Source: Enoplolaimus lenunculus
Lineage: Eukaryota
Direction of reading: 5' to 3'
Assembly (NCBI GenBank): GCA_030248215.1
Contig: JASANG010004131.1
Span: 434,001-498,000, forward strand
DNA: 64,000 nt
The notes beneath the pieces are model-generated. The model saw only the letters and a program-made list of their open reading frames with translations. It searched no databases and was not told where the DNA came from. Shown piece after piece: positions 12,315 through 24,751 of the stretch. Each line of letters opens with the position of its first letter. The stretch's first letter is position 1. Made by a program: the position numbers and the translations under genes.

Positions 12315-13059
12315 GTCCTGTTGTACAGTGGACACGGTGTCGTTTATGGAACTGCACTTGAATAAATTTTAAGAAACTTTATCAAGCTTTAAATCATATT
12401 TAGCTTGGTTTAGACCTAGGAAAACGGCCATACCAAGAGTGTACGGTGCCGCTCGAAGCAACGCAACTAGCAATTTAACATTTTACTATATAACAATATC
12501 ATAGGTTAAGCATACGCGATAAAATATTAATATCACTAAGACACAGTCATACCTTCAAACTGTAAGCTATAAATATATCTGAGAAGGATAAAGCTTAAGC
12601 TCAACTCAGCTAGAATTAAATTGTTGTTGTTGTTAGACCGTGCAACAAGATTGAGATTGACTGCGCCTTGATGGCCAAATACTACAGTTTACACGGCGCT
12701 GAACATTCTTTAGAAACGAGTACGAGGGTAAAGTTCAATTTCGGCAGGAAAATTTTTATAGCCCAAAAAATTAAGTAAATATTTTTAATTAATGTTTAGC
12801 TACCATAAAATAAAAATTTTGAACAAAGCTGACTTTTCCAGGACAAAAGAATACACACTGAGATCCAACTTTGATGTTCTCATATCTTTGTTTTAACGGG
12901 ACTTAAAAACTTTACTTGCTTTTATAAGTTCAAAAAATTACTATTTGTTTCCAAAATTGATAAATACATTTACAGCCTCGCAGCCGCTGTTTCAACCTGA
13001 ACCGAATCATACCTGGGACTGTTTTGCTTCGTACCAGAATAGTACAAAAACACTTGATG

Positions 13060-13265
13060 CTAATCTGAATCAATTTCATGATCAGATGTCACATGGTCCA
13101 CTAAAGTACCCATCGCACGGCCAATGTCTTCTGCCATATTAAGTAAATCACGTACACGAGTGTTACCACTGCGTTCAGAATACTGACCTGCCGGAGCGCC
13201 AGCATCTTGACCAGTAAGAAGCGCAGCGGCACTTAGACCGCTCGGCGCCTGGTAATCCGGATGAT
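13060..13265 (-). CDS. dys-1: dystrophin, last coding exon (...VRDLLNMAEDIGRAMGTLVDHVTSDHEIDSD*)
   Basis: Acceptor TTTTCAG, phase 1, TAG at 13062-13060. Matches the dystrophin-family C-terminal helix (DLGxAMxSLV type). Confidence 0.85.
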
Positions 13266-13587
13266 CTGAAAATAAAAACGTGTTTCAGGGTAAAATGTTA
13301 GATTTGGAGTTTATTTTTAGTAAATTATGTTTTAATCTGTCAAAGATAGAAAAAAAATCGAAATATTCATATTTTAGAAACAAAATAATCGTCAAAATTC
13401 ACAGTTGTTCGCTTGGTTATACAGATGTTGCTTTAAAGCAACTATTTCAAGTTGCATGTAAGGTATTGATTGGTGTTTTAATCAAACCTAAGCCAGTAAA
13501 ATAAATCTACACTTGGTATAACACACTAGTTGTGTGTTGATTTGAAAAAGCCCTAATATAATGAAAGTTTAAACAAGTAACATTTAC

Positions 13588-13684
13588 CATCATAATAGCC
13601 GTTGGTCAATGGAAAATCTTTTTGAAACGTGGAATGTCCAGAATTCAACTGAGTCAAAGGTGATTGTTCACCGCTCGCATGTTG
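13588..13684 (-). CDS. dys-1: dystrophin exon (QHASGEQSPLTQLNSGHSTFQKDFPLTNGYYD)
   Basis: Acceptor TTTCAG, donor GTAAAT. Phase 0 to 1 bridges the flanking exons, but the sequence is poorly conserved. Confidence 0.72.
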
Positions 13685-14659
13685 CTGAAATATGATTTTG
13701 AACTATTTTGCAATTGTAATTTACAATTCAAAATAGTTCGAATTTAAGAATGTTATATTTAAAAATATTAAACTCTAACAAGGGCGGAACCACGCAAGTG
13801 TCACACGTAAAACTTTCCTTTTGGATTTTTGTTCAGGGGTTGTCTTTAAGTTGGTATTACAGGAAACCACCCTTTGAAATTTTTCTGCCCGATTCGCAAA
13901 CCCAGGTTACGTCCATGGGTAAAATTATACTCGAACTTGAATTGTTCTGAGAAGTGGTGTGTGGCAGGTGATACAATTATGTGACAGTACAACTATACTT
14001 GATCCGGCACGGATCTCCTAGTGATATAAAGAGGCTTAGCAACAGCGCATGATACAAGAGTACGCCACTCTTCGGGTTCCGCATGTGCAAAATGAAACAC
14101 CAGGTGTTGCATTTTTGGCCGACCCGCCCCCCTTGTATAGAGGGGGGTCGCTATCACATGAATACCTCTAAATTAAACTTTACGAGGAGCATGTTTGACG
14201 CCGCATACATAAAGTGCCATGGTTCACACCGGTTGTACCCTCCTCAAACAAAGGGGGTAAGGCAAAAACGCAACACGTGCTAGGTACATTGTTTCCTACA
14301 CAGAATGTGCCCAGTTGTACATTCTTGTTAAATAGCGATACTCCACTCTTGGTTGTATAAACATTTATTTTGATATATTTCCGTTTCAAAAAGAAAATGC
14401 CTACTAAAGTCAGTTACATCACAGAAACTCTTTTTACTCGTTCTCACCACATTTATGTTAAGAAAATGCTTATATATGCTTAAACCTAAGCCTTTGCTTA
14501 CGATTTCGTCTACGCGAAAGCCTAAAAGCCTAGGAGTGGCGATGCACTTGCTGTGCGGCACCGCGTGTTCCCGTCAATCTCCATTCGTCGCCGTGCGTCC
14601 TAGCACGGTTGCAAGAGCCCACTACTGGCCGAACGACGACAAAACGCTAATCATCTCAC

Positions 14660-15029
14660 CTCATCAATAATTTGTCTTAGTCGCATCAGTTGTGTTTCCA
14701 GTTGCTTATTATGCTCGTCAAGCACCCCCATACGAGTCTCGAGCCGTGACTTGTGTTTACGAAGAGCACGCGCTTCTGATAGCATTTCTTCTTCCGAAGT
14801 ATAGTCTCCGGGTCGGATTGGTGAGCCTGAGTCATAACCTCGCGGTTGAAGAGTGCTCGATCTTGCTGAGGGTAGTCTCGTGGCGCTCAGAGAGCCGTTT
14901 GGAACGCGACCACCGATTGAAGGACCGGTAGGAGGTAAGCGACCTAATGGGCTCGCGGTGGAATCGTTACTTAAAGCGAGCACTGACCCGTGTTCGCCTT
15001 TCAAACGCTCGTATTCGTGTTGAAGCGCT
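14660..15029 (-). CDS. dys-1: dystrophin exon, second coiled coil (EMLSEARALRKHKSRLETRMGVLDEHNKQLETQLMRLRQII)
   Basis: TTTCAG/GTGAGA sites; conserved dystrobrevin-binding coiled coil. Confidence 0.93.
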
Positions 15030-15424
15030 CTGAAATACCAAACATGTGTGGTGTTTGCAATTTGTACTATGTCAAATATTGAATGTTAAAGAAGCGGTAT
15101 TCTCAACTATGTCTAGTACCTATTGCCAGTTAGCAATAAGCGGACTACTGACGGTGAAACTAAAATTTCACAGAGCAGTAGGCCGAGTATAATTCTATAA
15201 AATATGCCGAATTTTAGAATTTGTTTTTCATTAGTTCAAAAGTTACACAACCTGTCACCGCGCTGGTAATAGATGCTACACACATTGGAGAATATAAGCC
15301 AAGGAGGCGCCAGGCAGTCGAAAGCATGATTAATATAAAATAGCTGATTGGAATTTGCAAACAAAAATTTTTTTGACTCGACACCGCCGCAACTCGCCAC
15401 ACGACATGTTAGCTTCACCCGTAC

Positions 15425-15685
15425 TTGTTCTCTTCCTCGAGTTGCCGAACATGCGATTCCAGCTCTTCTTTTTGCATTCCATCAATTGCGGAAACAATTT
15501 GAATTGGACTTTTCGGCGTTCCAGGCGATTGTTTGGTGACCAAACTTGCCGTATACGACGCGATCAAGTTGTGTTCGTCTTCAGTTGACCATCCGCCATC
15601 TTCCGACGAGAAACCTCCATGATCGAAGCCACCGCCGCCACTGCCGCGACTGCCTGCTGATGTTGTTCGTTCAACTTCGGCGATT
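15425..15685 (-). CDS. dys-1: dystrophin exon (IAEVE...EDEHNLIASY...PKSPIQIVSAIDGMQKEELESHVRQLEEEN)
   Basis: TTTTAG/GTACGG sites; DEHxLIxxY syntrophin-binding motif and first coiled coil. Confidence 0.92.
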
Positions 15686-16355
15686 CTAAAATATCAAAAT
15701 ATCTGATGTTGTACACTTTTTCAGCTCAAAAAATGAAACATTCAACGGTTTGGCGTTGTTTTAAATGGTTATAGTGCCTATCACCAGTTGTTACTACGAG
15801 AATACAAAAGAAATTGAATATAGTTGACGTTCAAGACTCAGAAAGTATGCGAAATTTGCTAAATATTGATTTGGTTGGTTTAAAAAAAGCTAACGCAAAA
15901 CCACAGTCAGTTCCAGTGGCGCCACCCATCTTACGCACTACCATATATTCAGGGCAGGGGGCACTTCAAATACGGCCCCCACCTTAACCATATTTGAATA
16001 AAAATTACCGTAGTTTTGAAATGTGTCATGCAACATACAGTTGAGTTCACGGTGATGCAAATGTGTTCAGTTGCAGAATCTTGTTATTTTCCACTCTCGG
16101 GCAATCTTAGTCGAATAAGACACGGGCGACTACAGAGACTGGTTTGGCGATTAATAGGAACGTAGGGTTAGCAACGTTTTCATAGGGTGATCAGTCGACC
16201 CAGGTGAACCGAAAGACTACATATCGTAGTTGCTAAACCTGAAGCCCCTAAGACAAGGCATCAATAAGCGGAGGGTGGACTGATACGTAACCCGTTCTGT
16301 ATCCGTTTTAGTTCCGGATCACCACAAAAATACAACAACGTATATTCAACGTTAC

Positions 16356-16561
16356 CTATTCGCATACAACTCCATACGTGTATGCATATCGAGCGTCGAA
16401 GGATTAGAGGGGGTGGCCGGGCGACTTTCCAACGGTTCACCTTCACTGACTGACTCAACCGGCAGATACCCGAGACGCGGATTTGATTTCCAGTAGCGTT
16501 TGCTTTTAAATTTGTTGCGAACCATTTTCGAGAAATCACGGACGTCTTCGCCTGATGTCGA
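16356..16561 (-). CDS. dys-1: dystrophin exon ([36 protein letters not shown]...[11 protein letters not shown])
   Basis: TTTTAG/GTAACG sites; highly conserved post-ZZ motif. Confidence 0.95.
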
Positions 16562-16946
16562 CTAAAATGAAACGTTGAAAAGTAGTTTAAATTGATTGAA
16601 AAGTAATGTTATAACAGAGGATAATCGCAGACGCTACGTAAGCTGCGAGTACAAATCTCCACAAGACGTGACAGCACCTCAGACTCGAGCGTCAAGCTCC
16701 TATAGCTGAGTAGTGACGGTAAACGCCTCCGATCAGAGACGTTGCAATTCCAATCTTGGCTCCTCAAAATTAGATCTTAATTTGAAAATATTTTTTTAGA
16801 AAGGGCAAATTGTCGAGTTAGGAAGAAACTGAATTACAATTTCGACTCTTTGTACTCTTATGAGCACGCTCGTAAAGCCAGAGGGGGTCCCCACAACAAG
16901 GTCATTTACATGGATGGTACCCACGTCATACTTTTACAAAACATAC

Positions 16947-17058
16947 CGCAATGCAGTATTCTTGCATCGGATGCGACAGCTTATGACTTTTAGCTTTTCG
17001 ATGCGAAAAGAAACAATTTTGGCACATATCAAAGTTGAAGCAACGCAAGCATCGATAC
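16947..17058 (-). CDS. dys-1: dystrophin exon, ZZ domain second half ([18 protein letters not shown]...HPMQEYC)
   Basis: TTTTAG/GTATGT sites; ZZ zinc-finger Cys/His pattern. Confidence 0.97.
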
Positions 17059-17636
17059 CTAAAACACAAAGTAGTACAATGAACATTCTGCAATTGACAC
17101 TTTATCAAGGTTTTTCAAAGGCTGTAAACCGAACAGATTTACGGGTCAACCACCCCCCCTGTGTGAGTTTTGCCCTTGGGTCATTGGAAACTTTGCCCGT
17201 CGGTGACACAAAATGCCCCCTTTGAAAATATTTAACTTTATTTTGCGCTGTTTATATGCTGTGTTCGTATCACCAATTTGCTGTATTTTAGCAACATTAC
17301 CTTCGCCAAACATTATTAAGCGTGCGCAAATTGAAGTATACAATACTACTCCGCAGCCGTATACTCTGGGACAGTTTAGTTTCGCGAATACCGTAGTGTG
17401 GACGGTTGGCAAAATTACACTCCTTGATCTAACTTGCCGTATTGACAGGATCGACTGGCACTAAAAATTGGGCCCTGCATTTTTAAATAATTAGGCTCAC
17501 CATTGATTCTTTAAAAATAATTACATAAACCAAGATTTGTTTCATTTGGTTGATTGGCCCAAAATCCTATCCAATTAGCCCACCTCGGATTTGAACGGTA
17601 GGCCTGATCAACACTCCGTGCCTGTTTACTGCTCAC

Positions 17637-18042
17637 CTTAGGCCAACAATAGGATACATTTTGCAAACATTGCATTTTGCTTGATGTTTTGCAGTTTCAG
17701 CAGCTGCGATTCGATGCATTACTGGCAACCAGACTAAACTTTGCGGTTCACATTTGAGCCAAAGCAAAAATCGTGTCAGATCAACTTCGTGCGGCGGCGA
17801 ACTGCGCGGGCCGAACGCCGGCGGCGACGGCGGGACACAAATGCCGTTTCGGGCACCGCGGGCCCAAGTCCCTGACGTGCCGTCTATACCGAAACAACTG
17901 CGGACGCTTGGTTCAACATTGGTGCCACCGAATGCAGCCACTTCACCGAGGTATTTTGGAATTTGCATACAATCGTGAAGCAGTAACGCTAGTTTTTTCT
18001 GATCGACACCTGTACCTGAGGTTGAGATTTGCCGGAAGAGGT
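17637..18042 (-). CDS. dys-1: dystrophin exon, EF-hand region 2 and ZZ first half
   Basis: TTTCAG/GTGAGC sites; [25 protein letters not shown] and [30 protein letters not shown]. Confidence 0.97.
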
Positions 18043-18601
18043 CTGAAAAATAAAGCTAAGATGTTTTGTGCGACAGCTTTGAATTAAGTATAAAAGTAAA
18101 CGTCTTAAGGCAAGCTATAATTGTGCTAATAATTGTGAGTAACTCGTCCAGTAGAGTACCATACCACAAATGATAAAGTACGCACCAATAAGAATAAGAC
18201 AACCTCGGACACCCTACAAACAGAACGAAAACTTAAAAATGAAATTTCATCAGCGCAACTTTCCTTACAAATTGTTTAGCAAATAACAGATTAAAGCGTG
18301 CGGCAAATTATTACACCGGCGTTTTCCTATTCAACAGATCGTGGGATACAAAGGCTGTTGTAGGTTTCACCCTATATTTAAGGTTAATGCTTAAGTAGAC
18401 GTAGGGTGGTGGCGTACGTTTGATAACGTCCGGTGGCGTTCGTCACCGTCCGGCTCCACACAACGGAGTACAGGCTACTTTTAAACTTAAGTTGAATTTA
18501 GTCATAAGGTTTAGGTTTAAATATGGTTATGTTTACGCGTAAGCCCAAGAATAAATGTAGAAAAACTGTGGAAAAGCCAAAACAGTTATTATTTCACTTA
18601 C

Positions 18602-18687
18602 ATTTGTATTTTTCATCGAGATGAGCACGACACATTACAACTAACGCAACTTTAAACGATAATACACGAATGCCACCAGATCGGCTT
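18602..18687 (-). CDS. dys-1: dystrophin exon (SRSGGIRVLSFKVALVVMCRAHLDEKYK)
   Basis: TTTCAG/GTAAGT sites; conserved EF-hand segment. Confidence 0.95.
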
Positions 18688-18864
18688 CTGAAATAAACAC
18701 ACATAAAACAATTTGAGGAAAAATAGTGGAAACAATTTGAAAACTTCGTTTTGACAAACTAACTATAATCAAAAGCCTTCACTAAATAGCAGGGTTGTTT
18801 TTTCCGCCAAAAAATTATGACCGGAAAAAATGAATTTTTTTCTTCCATATTTTTCCAGAAAAAA

Positions 18865-19379
18865 TGGAAAAATCGAATCAATTTTTTCTTTGTTTGACTG
18901 ATCGGTTATCCCACTCTTAGGCGGCGTTTGCCCAAAAACGCTTGCATTTTAAAACTTTTTGCATATATGGAAAAATCGAATCAATTTTTTCTTTGTTTGA
19001 CTGATCGGTTATCCCACCCTTAGGCGGCGTTTGCCCAAAAACGCTTGCATTTTAAAACTTTTTGCATATATGGAAAAATCGAATCAATTTTTTCTTTGTT
19101 TGACTGATCGGTTATCCCACCCTTAGGCCGCGTGTGACCAAACACGCTTGCATTTTAAAACTTTTTGCATATATGGAAAAATCGAATCAATTTTTTCTTT
19201 GTTTGACTGATCGGTTATCCCACCCTTAGGCGGCGTTTGCCCAAAAACGCTTGCATTTTAAAACTTTTTGCATATATGGAAAAATCGAATCAATTTTTTC
19301 TTTGTTTGACTGATCGGTTATCCCACCCTTAGGCGGCGTTTGCCCAAAAACGCTTGCATTTTAAAACTTTTTGCATATT
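18865..19379. repeat. 103-bp tandem repeat, 5 copies, inside a hAT-like element starting at 18790
   Basis: Unit starts at 18865, 18968, 19071, 19174 and 19277. Confidence 0.95.
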
Positions 19380-19624
19380 TGAGCTACTGATGACATCCCC
19401 TGATCATTCCATGTCCAAATCTGAATTTTTGAAAAATTCGATTTTTAAAGCCGCAAGTTCAAAGTGTTTCGCTACAGAAACAGTTTGTTTAAAGCTTCTC
19501 GGCTTGCAAAAAACCGTTTTGAATGATGTTGTTTGGAACACGAAAAGCGGTTAAAACAGCGTTTTGTTTTCCACAATGTTCCTTAATGTAAAAGTCAAAT
19601 TTTTCTGGACCACCAATGACTTAC

Positions 19625-19832
19625 GAATCATAAACGTTGAGGAGCCAATTGAGTGTGAGATCAATCAGTTGAGCGACTGAGCATATCAACTCGGGCTGTT
19701 GCGTTTGAAGATGCTCGTAAACGCTGAGCAACGCCATCACAAGCTCACCAACGTCCATCAATTTGTCGTTGACTTCGCGTAAATGAAAATGTTCGAATAT
19801 TCGAATCGCTTCAGGAAGACTTAGCAGATCCA
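19625..19832 (-). CDS. dys-1: dystrophin exon, EF-hand region 1 (LDLLSL...DLTLNWLLNVYD)
   Basis: TTTTAG/GTAAGT sites; LNWLLNVYD signature. Confidence 0.96.
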
Positions 19833-20512
19833 CTAAAATATCACAACTTCTACATAGTGCAAATAGGGTTCATTGGAGAAAATTAAAAAACGGTGACAGC
19901 TGAAACCAAATCCTTTACTCTATATACTTATCTACACGAAACTTGCTTCGGGAACTCAGTTGTTGGTCGCTGTACGCCATTTGACCTCCCTGCCGACGTC
20001 TGGTTCAAATTTTGACAAAAAAGTTATAATTCGCGATTTATATGTCCAATTAAGTGAAAGTCAGCCAGTTTAGGGTCGTCACAGATATTCCGATTTGATG
20101 TTATGAAACTCAGCAGATTTCCAAAAAAGAACGAACACAATGCTAGGCAAGTTAATTGCTAGTAGGCACGATTAATTTAGGCAAATATTTTTTAGAACGT
20201 AAATTGCAAAACACATTCATGGTTTGGTATACCATAATGTAGCGTAGTTTTTGCGGTGTAACAGCAACTTAAGTAAATTCCTAAAACTAAGCCTAAGCAA
20301 AAAATTAACTTAACGCCGACAGCCAATATTAGTTTTATACGTGTATTAAACAGTAACCAAACTTTAGCACTATTTCTAATCCCAAATCAAAGCAGAAACA
20401 TAATCTAAAGCTTAAGCTTACTCTATTGCTGTCTCATGGTAAAACTCTAAAAAAAGCAAAATGAACTATGCTATGTTAGGCAGACGTAAATTGTAAACAA
20501 ATAACATCTTAC

Positions 20513-20649
20513 AGCATAGCTTCTTTTGTAAAGCTCGGAGTTTCATTCCAGTTCGATACGCGGAAAATTTGACTTCGTTAAATTCGCACAATTCTTGCAT
20601 CAATTCTGACATTTTCGGATGATCCCACTGGGTTTTGTCGTCTTCGATG
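20513..20649 (-). CDS. dys-1: dystrophin exon, WW end (TQWDHPKM...[22 protein letters not shown])
   Basis: TTTTAG/GTAAGA sites; conserved motif. Confidence 0.96.
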
Positions 20650-21198
20650 CTAAAAATAAAACAATATAATAGATGCTTACTTAATGCATTACCGGATTCA
20701 AAACTGTGGTATCGAGCAGGTCATACCACTGATGATAACGTATCAAAACTATTATTACTACTCTTAGTGCTAAAATTGCGTTTGGCTTCTCGCTCTCGCT
20801 TCGTCCACCAGTTTTATTTACTGTTTCGCGTGTCACCTGCCGGAAACTTGCTTATCCGTCACTGCTTAACTTCGTCAAGCTTTTTCCATCAAAACTTGGG
20901 CAAGCGGCTACGTAGTTTACAAACTCAAACATTAAGATTATTCTTATAACTTCAAATACCGGTAAGTCATGTCCGTCCCGTAGCCAGCTAAGCATGCAAA
21001 AGACAAATAATTTGACAATTGGCATAGTATGTTTGCATAGTGAACAGTACTTATTTTGGGAACGTTTCCGCCGTTTCTGCATACTCATATCTGCAAACGT
21101 AACAGGTTACTGGTATTTAGCTTTGTATGCGAATTCGCAAATATGCAATCCAACGCGTTGATAAAGCCGTACTCAATTTTGAACAGGTCAAACCTTAC

Positions 21199-21259
21199 TT
21201 GACATAGAAAGGCACACGGTTTTCTGATATTTGCCGTTCCCACGGCGATGACACTGAAC
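21199..21259 (-). CDS. dys-1: dystrophin exon, WW start (SVSSPWERQISENRVPFYVN)
   Basis: TTTTAG/GTAAGG sites; 61 nt; WW motif. Confidence 0.95.
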
Positions 21260-21655
21260 CTAAAAAGTTTACGAATAAAACAATAAAATGCTAAGAAACA
21301 CAATGCTTCAGCCTTCTTCGCATCAATGCAAATTACTGGCTTGCAATCGGTGTGGGGGGTGCTGTTTCGTGAACCACCGAACTTGTTGCTTTTAATCAAT
21401 AATAACAGAACCAGCAGTTCGGATGAGGGTCGTTAGGTTCCATAAAACTTTCCAATAGAAGGTTTATAATGGTAGTTACTGCAAAAATTTCCTACAAACC
21501 CATGGACAAAGTCACAACGGTAGGACGTTTGATCCAAACCTCCCCCCTTCCCCCGGATACGTCTTCGGCTTTGTGTCTGATGCATTTTGTTTTTACATTT
21601 TGCTCGCTCTATCTACGAAAAGAAACGCTGGAAGATCTACTATAGTTTTGCTTAC

Positions 21656-21881
21656 CAGCGAGAAAATGTTGTGATGACGGTCCAAAATCTCGGATAGCGT
21701 TCATCAAACTAACAATTCGCTGCTGAACGGCTAAATCTAACGAATGATACCGGCGATTAATGGCTTCGAGTATTGCAACTTGTGACTCGGACAAGCTCAC
21801 GTTGTCGGCCAACAGTCGGCTTGAATGATCGTTTACTTCGTCGACACGTGTTCGGATTGGATTCAACTGGCGTTGAAAATG
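21656..21881 (-). CDS. dys-1: dystrophin exon, end of last spectrin repeat and hinge (…RDFGPSSQHFLA)
   Basis: TTTCAG/GTAAGC sites; DFGPxSQHFL signature. Confidence 0.95.
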
Positions 21882-22066
21882 CTGAAACACAATTTTAGCC
21901 CAGTAAAAATCATGAAATACCTTTGAGTTGAACAAAAATGAGCATATATATCAGCACGGCGTAGCCAGGAAAAGTTAACTATTGGGTACTAAAAGGTTAC
22001 GAGTCATGGAGCGAAGATGTCCGTTGAATGGCGCCTCGCCCCCCCCATGGCCCCTGTAAAACGTAC

Positions 22067-22201
22067 TTTGGCAGCTTCGAGTTGGTAAGGCAAATCGTCT
22101 AACAGAACATCTTTGGTTTGCACCCATTGCTTACGATTCGCTTCCGACTCTTGCAAACATTTCTCTGCGTCGTTAATTGCTTTATCGAGTCGATGCATTT
22201 T
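22067..22201 (-). CDS. dys-1: dystrophin exon, spectrin repeat (KMHRLDKAINDAEKCLQESE...LEAAK)
   Basis: TTTTAG/GTACGT sites; phase 0-0. Confidence 0.9.
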
Positions 22202-22660
22202 CTAAAAATTAAATATCACAAATTTCATTTTTATCCAAATTTCTTTTAACTGGGGGGGCCCGATGTCTAAACTCTGGCAACAGGAATCAAAACCAAAATT
22301 TTATATGAATATTTAGTTTAGAAATTTCAATTGGTTTAGCATCTTTAAGCTTAAAACAAACTACAGTCAGGATCCATATTTTCAAATGTGTGTAGCATCT
22401 AATCTATGATCACTTGGCATTCAGTTTGGTTATTTTTGAACCAAACACTTGTAAACTTCAAAAATTTAGCACATTTTATTGCGTTCAATTTATCCTGCAA
22501 AGACGTGGAAGTTTAGGTCTTTCCATGGCGTTTGCAGTTCGCTTGCTTAAAAACCTATTACTAACAAATATTTGCTGCTACACATAGTTGAGAATACGGC
22601 TACTAACAAGCGTCCTAGCAAATTAGCAGAAAATGTAATCATTGCAAGTTACAAACGTAC

Positions 22661-22803
22661 CACAAGAGCATCGTCGACAAGTCGTTTCCATTTTTCTAAA
22701 CGTTCTTGCAGTGTGTTGAACTTTTCTTCAAGCGCAGTTGATTCAGCTTTGATTTGTTGCGCAATTCGTCGCGTTGTACGTCTGATAGTGGCTTCTGATG
22801 AGT
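22661..22803 (-). CDS. dys-1: dystrophin exon, spectrin repeat (…RRIAQQIKAESTALEEKFNTLQERLEKWKRLVDDALV)
   Basis: TTTTCAG/GTACGT sites; phase 1 to 0. Confidence 0.88.
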
Positions 22804-24058
22804 CTGAAAAACGAGCAACGATATGGCGGTGAAACTGTTTTTCGAACAACAAGGGTTGCGTTTATGCTCGCTGCGCGCCGCCGGACGCTGCCGCACGCCG
22901 ATGGACGCTGGCGCGCGGCATGATAAAAATTTGGCTGCACGCCGTCGCCAGCTGTCGGACGATTGTGGTACTGCAAAGGTTATTAAAAATTGCGCGTATC
23001 GGTGTCCGACACATTAAAGTAAACCGCAAACACTAACGGTTGAACTATTTTTGAACGAATGAGGATTGAGATTTTCAATTATTATTATTATTATTACGAT
23101 TACCTACGAATCAAATATTTTGATTTTTATCTGGATCTCAAAACGAACGGTAAAATGGCGAGTAGAGAAATTGATTTTCAAACAATACAGTTAAACTATT
23201 TCTAAAGTGAAACGCCGACATGTCAGCATTTGAAATTTTAACCAGAAATACAAACAAAACATTTTTGTTTTTATCTGTTTTCATTGAGACATTTTTGTGT
23301 CGGTTTATTTTCAAAACATTTTAGTTTACCACCTTCTTTCAGCTGAACTTAAAAATTCGCGTAACTTTCAAAACCAGCGACTCAAATTTTATTAACTTTT
23401 TTTTTTAGCATTTTAACGAAGAGTTCATCTGCGTCAGTGTCAACATTATAACATTTTCAAATACCACACAGGTCTCTTGCTTGAAAACCCATTATTCCAT
23501 GGATGATACCCTCATCAGACTAATTAAACACTGTTATATGAACCGCTAATTAGCATAAGCTGGCTGACGAACGATCGCCAATAATATTATTAAATTCGTG
23601 GCAATTATCACATTTGAAAATATTGCAGTTATTTTAATTTAAAATCTTTCGTAGCTAATCGACACGCTTTTATTAGACAATTTATACATTCTTACGTTTC
23701 GTGGAGTGCTCGACGCCATGCAGCTGGCATACAAACAAAAAATAGTTAAAAAATCAAAAATATAAAATATAAACCAAAATTGGTCAATCTAACAAATTTG
23801 ACTCATAAGTAACCACAATAGCATATTGCACGCTTCAGACAGACAAACAGGCTAGGACCACCCACGGTGAGCATTGGCGGGGCCTTGTGTCCCCCCTGCA
23901 AAGTTTGCTGGTGCACCCCAAATAGACTCGGTCTAAAAGTAAACAATCCTAAATTGCAATTGTAGGGTACACCCCAAAAATTATTCGGTGGTCGTTAAAT
24001 GAAATTTTCTGCGAATGCCCCTGCAAACAGGACAATAACGTTGCAACTTTTCCCTTAC

Positions 24059-24200
24059 GATCATCAGAGTCGTCCACAGGTCCGCCAATAATTGAAGCTC
24101 CAGCACGCGGACGCATATCCTGTTGCATCAAAAACGAATGCGCCAATGAAATGATTTCTTTCACAATCGGTTGTTTTGATTCGATATCGCTTTCAAGTTG
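24059..24200 (-). CDS. dys-1: dystrophin exon (QLESDIESKQPIVKEIISLAHSFLMQQDMRP...)
   Basis: CTTTAG/GTAAGG sites. AHSFLMQxDxRP resembles nematode DYS-1 as recalled. Confidence 0.9.
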
Positions 24201-24220
24201 CTAAAGTAGTGAGTGAAACG

Positions 24221-24372
24221 TCGCCCGACAACTTGTAATCAGAAATTTGATCGACTCGACAGGTCGTCGCACATCATTTATGCTTAGGTTTTAGGATTAC
24301 GCTTTGAACTATGCTATTCATAAGCATTAGGACACTGTTGTGCGACAAGTTGTCGGGCGACGAATTGTCGTA
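24221..24372. mobile_element. MITE with CGCCCGACAACTTGT inverted ends; inverted relative at about 50281-50482
   Basis: Terminal inverted repeats and a second homologous copy. Confidence 0.6.
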
Positions 24373-24594
24373 GATTCAGGTCTTTCGCACTGACGATGTT
24401 TAAATTAATGACTGAAAATTAACTCTGCTCAGAACAGTAGTTTGCACCGATTCTTAAAAGTTCAACTATGTTTTTTTACGTTCCTGTACAAAAATCGCTA
24501 TACTATCATCAAAAATAGCTTCAAAACACTCGGACTTCTGAAATTTTTCTTTTCTAAAAGTTTTGAAAACCTATTTTTCGTTTCTACAACTTAC

Positions 24595-24751
24595 TCTAAC
24601 GAATTCATTTTGCGATTTAACGCGATCCAAGTCACCGCCGACCGGCTGTTGATCTCGCAATTCTTTATCACGAGTCTCTGTCCAATAAATCAACTCGCGA
24701 AGTGTTGTTGTTAGCTTTTCCCATTGTTCTTGTGCAGTTTGTAGACGTTTT
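24595..24751 (-). CDS. dys-1: dystrophin exon (KRLQTAQEQWEKLTTTLRELIYW...QQPVGGDLDRVKSQNEFVR)
   Basis: TTTCAG/GTAAGT sites; PVGGD motif of the penultimate spectrin repeat. Confidence 0.94.

Noticed and set aside
22855..22975. GC-rich ORFs upstream of the 22803 exon
   Set aside because: Resembles the CGCCGCACGCCG-type dispersed repeat seen near 27185, 34840 and 58270; the flanking exons join in phase without it.
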